Part shown: piece by piece, positions 62,926 through 64,000 of the stretch
Numbering within the stretch: the first letter of the stretch is position 1
Layout of the letters: every line of letters starts with the position of its first letter
Assembly: GCA_043228905.1 (NCBI GenBank)
Contig: JBHGNT010000002.1
Span: forward strand, 11,160,001 to 11,224,000
Source of the DNA: Azolla caroliniana
Taxonomy: Eukaryota > Plantae > Polypodiophyta
Length of the DNA: 64,000 nucleotides
Direction: 5' to 3'
Made by a program: the position numbers and the translations under genes
Notes under the pieces: model-generated
What the model saw: only the letters and a program-made list of their open reading frames with translations
The model's database searches: none
What the model was told of the DNA's origin: nothing

Positions 62926-63979
62926 AAATGAGGCAGGCCAATATGGCATTGGAAAAGGAATTCTAAGAATTGACTATTGAGTCCAAGAAAGAAGGTGAAC
63001 CTTCTTTTGTATTAACGTCATTCAAGGGGGATAAGAAAGAAAGAACCAAGGAGGCCATTAACACTTGGCTTGGTCGTTGAGAGTCTCGCTTTGAGTTGCA
63101 CCCCAAGCCCGATGATATAAAAGAACTGTTGGGATTACGGTCCCTCCCGATGGGATGGTCGGATGTCCGGGAATCGGGAATGAAGACCCGGTTCCGGAGC
63201 CGGATGATGAAGACCCGGTTCCGGATCCGGATGATGAAGACCCCAGCTACGGAGCCGGATGATGAAGACCCCGGCTACGGAGCCGGATGACGAATGTACC
63301 CGGAGAGAGATCCGGATGCGGGGACATATTTGTGAATATGTTTGCCAAGGCCCCTTGAGGCTATATTTGTAAATAGCCCGAAAGTCATATGTGTATAAAT
63401 ATGACTTAGGGCAAACAGTTTTGTAGTTGTTGCTCATTTTTCTGTTTTCCACTTAGAGGGAGCGAAGTGAGAGCAGCCGAGAGAGAGAGAAAGGAAGAGG
63501 TTGACGCCTCTGTGTAATACCGCCGCCTGTGGCGAGGACAGCGAGCTCAAGGTCGTCGCCTTGCAGCTCGCCATTGTACATTCCCTGCGTATAGTGATAG
63601 TTGGAGTCTTGCACTCCCGTGGTTTTTCCCGTCTAGGGTTTTCCACGCTAAACCCTGTGCATTCGAGTCTCTCTCTGTGTTTTCGATTTACTGCTGCATT
63701 GATTCGTGTTTCCTCGGTTGTGGCCGAGAGGTGAAGGTTTTGGAAAGTGCCAATTTTTCTAACAAGAACTTAGGTGGGTTAGGTGGCCGAGTTGTTGCTT
63801 GGTGGCGTGACCTAAGGACTGCAAAGAACTTACCCACAACTTGGGAAGGTTTCGTTGATGTTTTAAAGAAACAGTTTTTGCAGCCACCTTCTCAAACTGA
63901 ACAAGCACAACACTTGCTCACATTGTCAAGTAAGCCATTTAACTCTCTCGAGGATTATGTGCATCATGCTCAGACCTAG
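62926..63979 (+). pseudogene. Ty3/Gypsy gag-like fragment split by the solo LTR
   Basis: FKGDKKERTKEAINTWL..FELHPKPDD | ..GRVVAWWRDL...PTTWEGFVDVLKKQFL, a retrotransposon capsid-like pattern. Confidence 0.6.
63127..63728 (+). mobile_element. Solo/truncated LTR of the same Copia group
   Basis: Starts TGTTGGGA. Shares TATAAATATGACTTAGGGCAAAC and CGGTTGTGGCCGAG with the reverse complement of LTRs 52068 and 61858. ~27-bp repeats at 63178-63290. The last ~30 bp are missing. Confidence 0.85.
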
Positions 63980-64000
63980 ATCTAAAAATTGAGACTTACG

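Overview
Eukaryotic land-plant DNA. The retroelement mix suggests a non-seed plant such as a fern, but that is inference. The window holds one intact host gene, a 4-exon pectin methylesterase (7190-9001, +, 426 aa, no PMEI pro-domain). Upstream of it lies a nearly intact RTEX-like LINE. The rest is mostly nested, decaying LTR retrotransposons whose ends can be fixed by TG..CA termini and 5-bp TSDs: several Copia elements, an Athila/Tat-like Gypsy family (three copies with 3' ends plus a gag-PR fragment) with a large extra ORF, and a Tcn1/Tf1-like chromovirus. The most unusual signal is in the Athila/Tat-like family. All three 3' LTRs lack an adjacent polypurine tract. In its place is a structured copy of a tRNA-Arg-like 3' end (..GTCCCAYARGCGTGCYA-GG|TGTTG), an inverted copy of the element's own PBS, suggesting tRNA- or self-primed plus-strand synthesis. 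The chromovirus shows Tf1-type self-priming complementarity and a tRNA-like A-box/B-box module inside its LTR. Several templated-insertion repair scars are also visible. All alignments were by eye and no database search was run.
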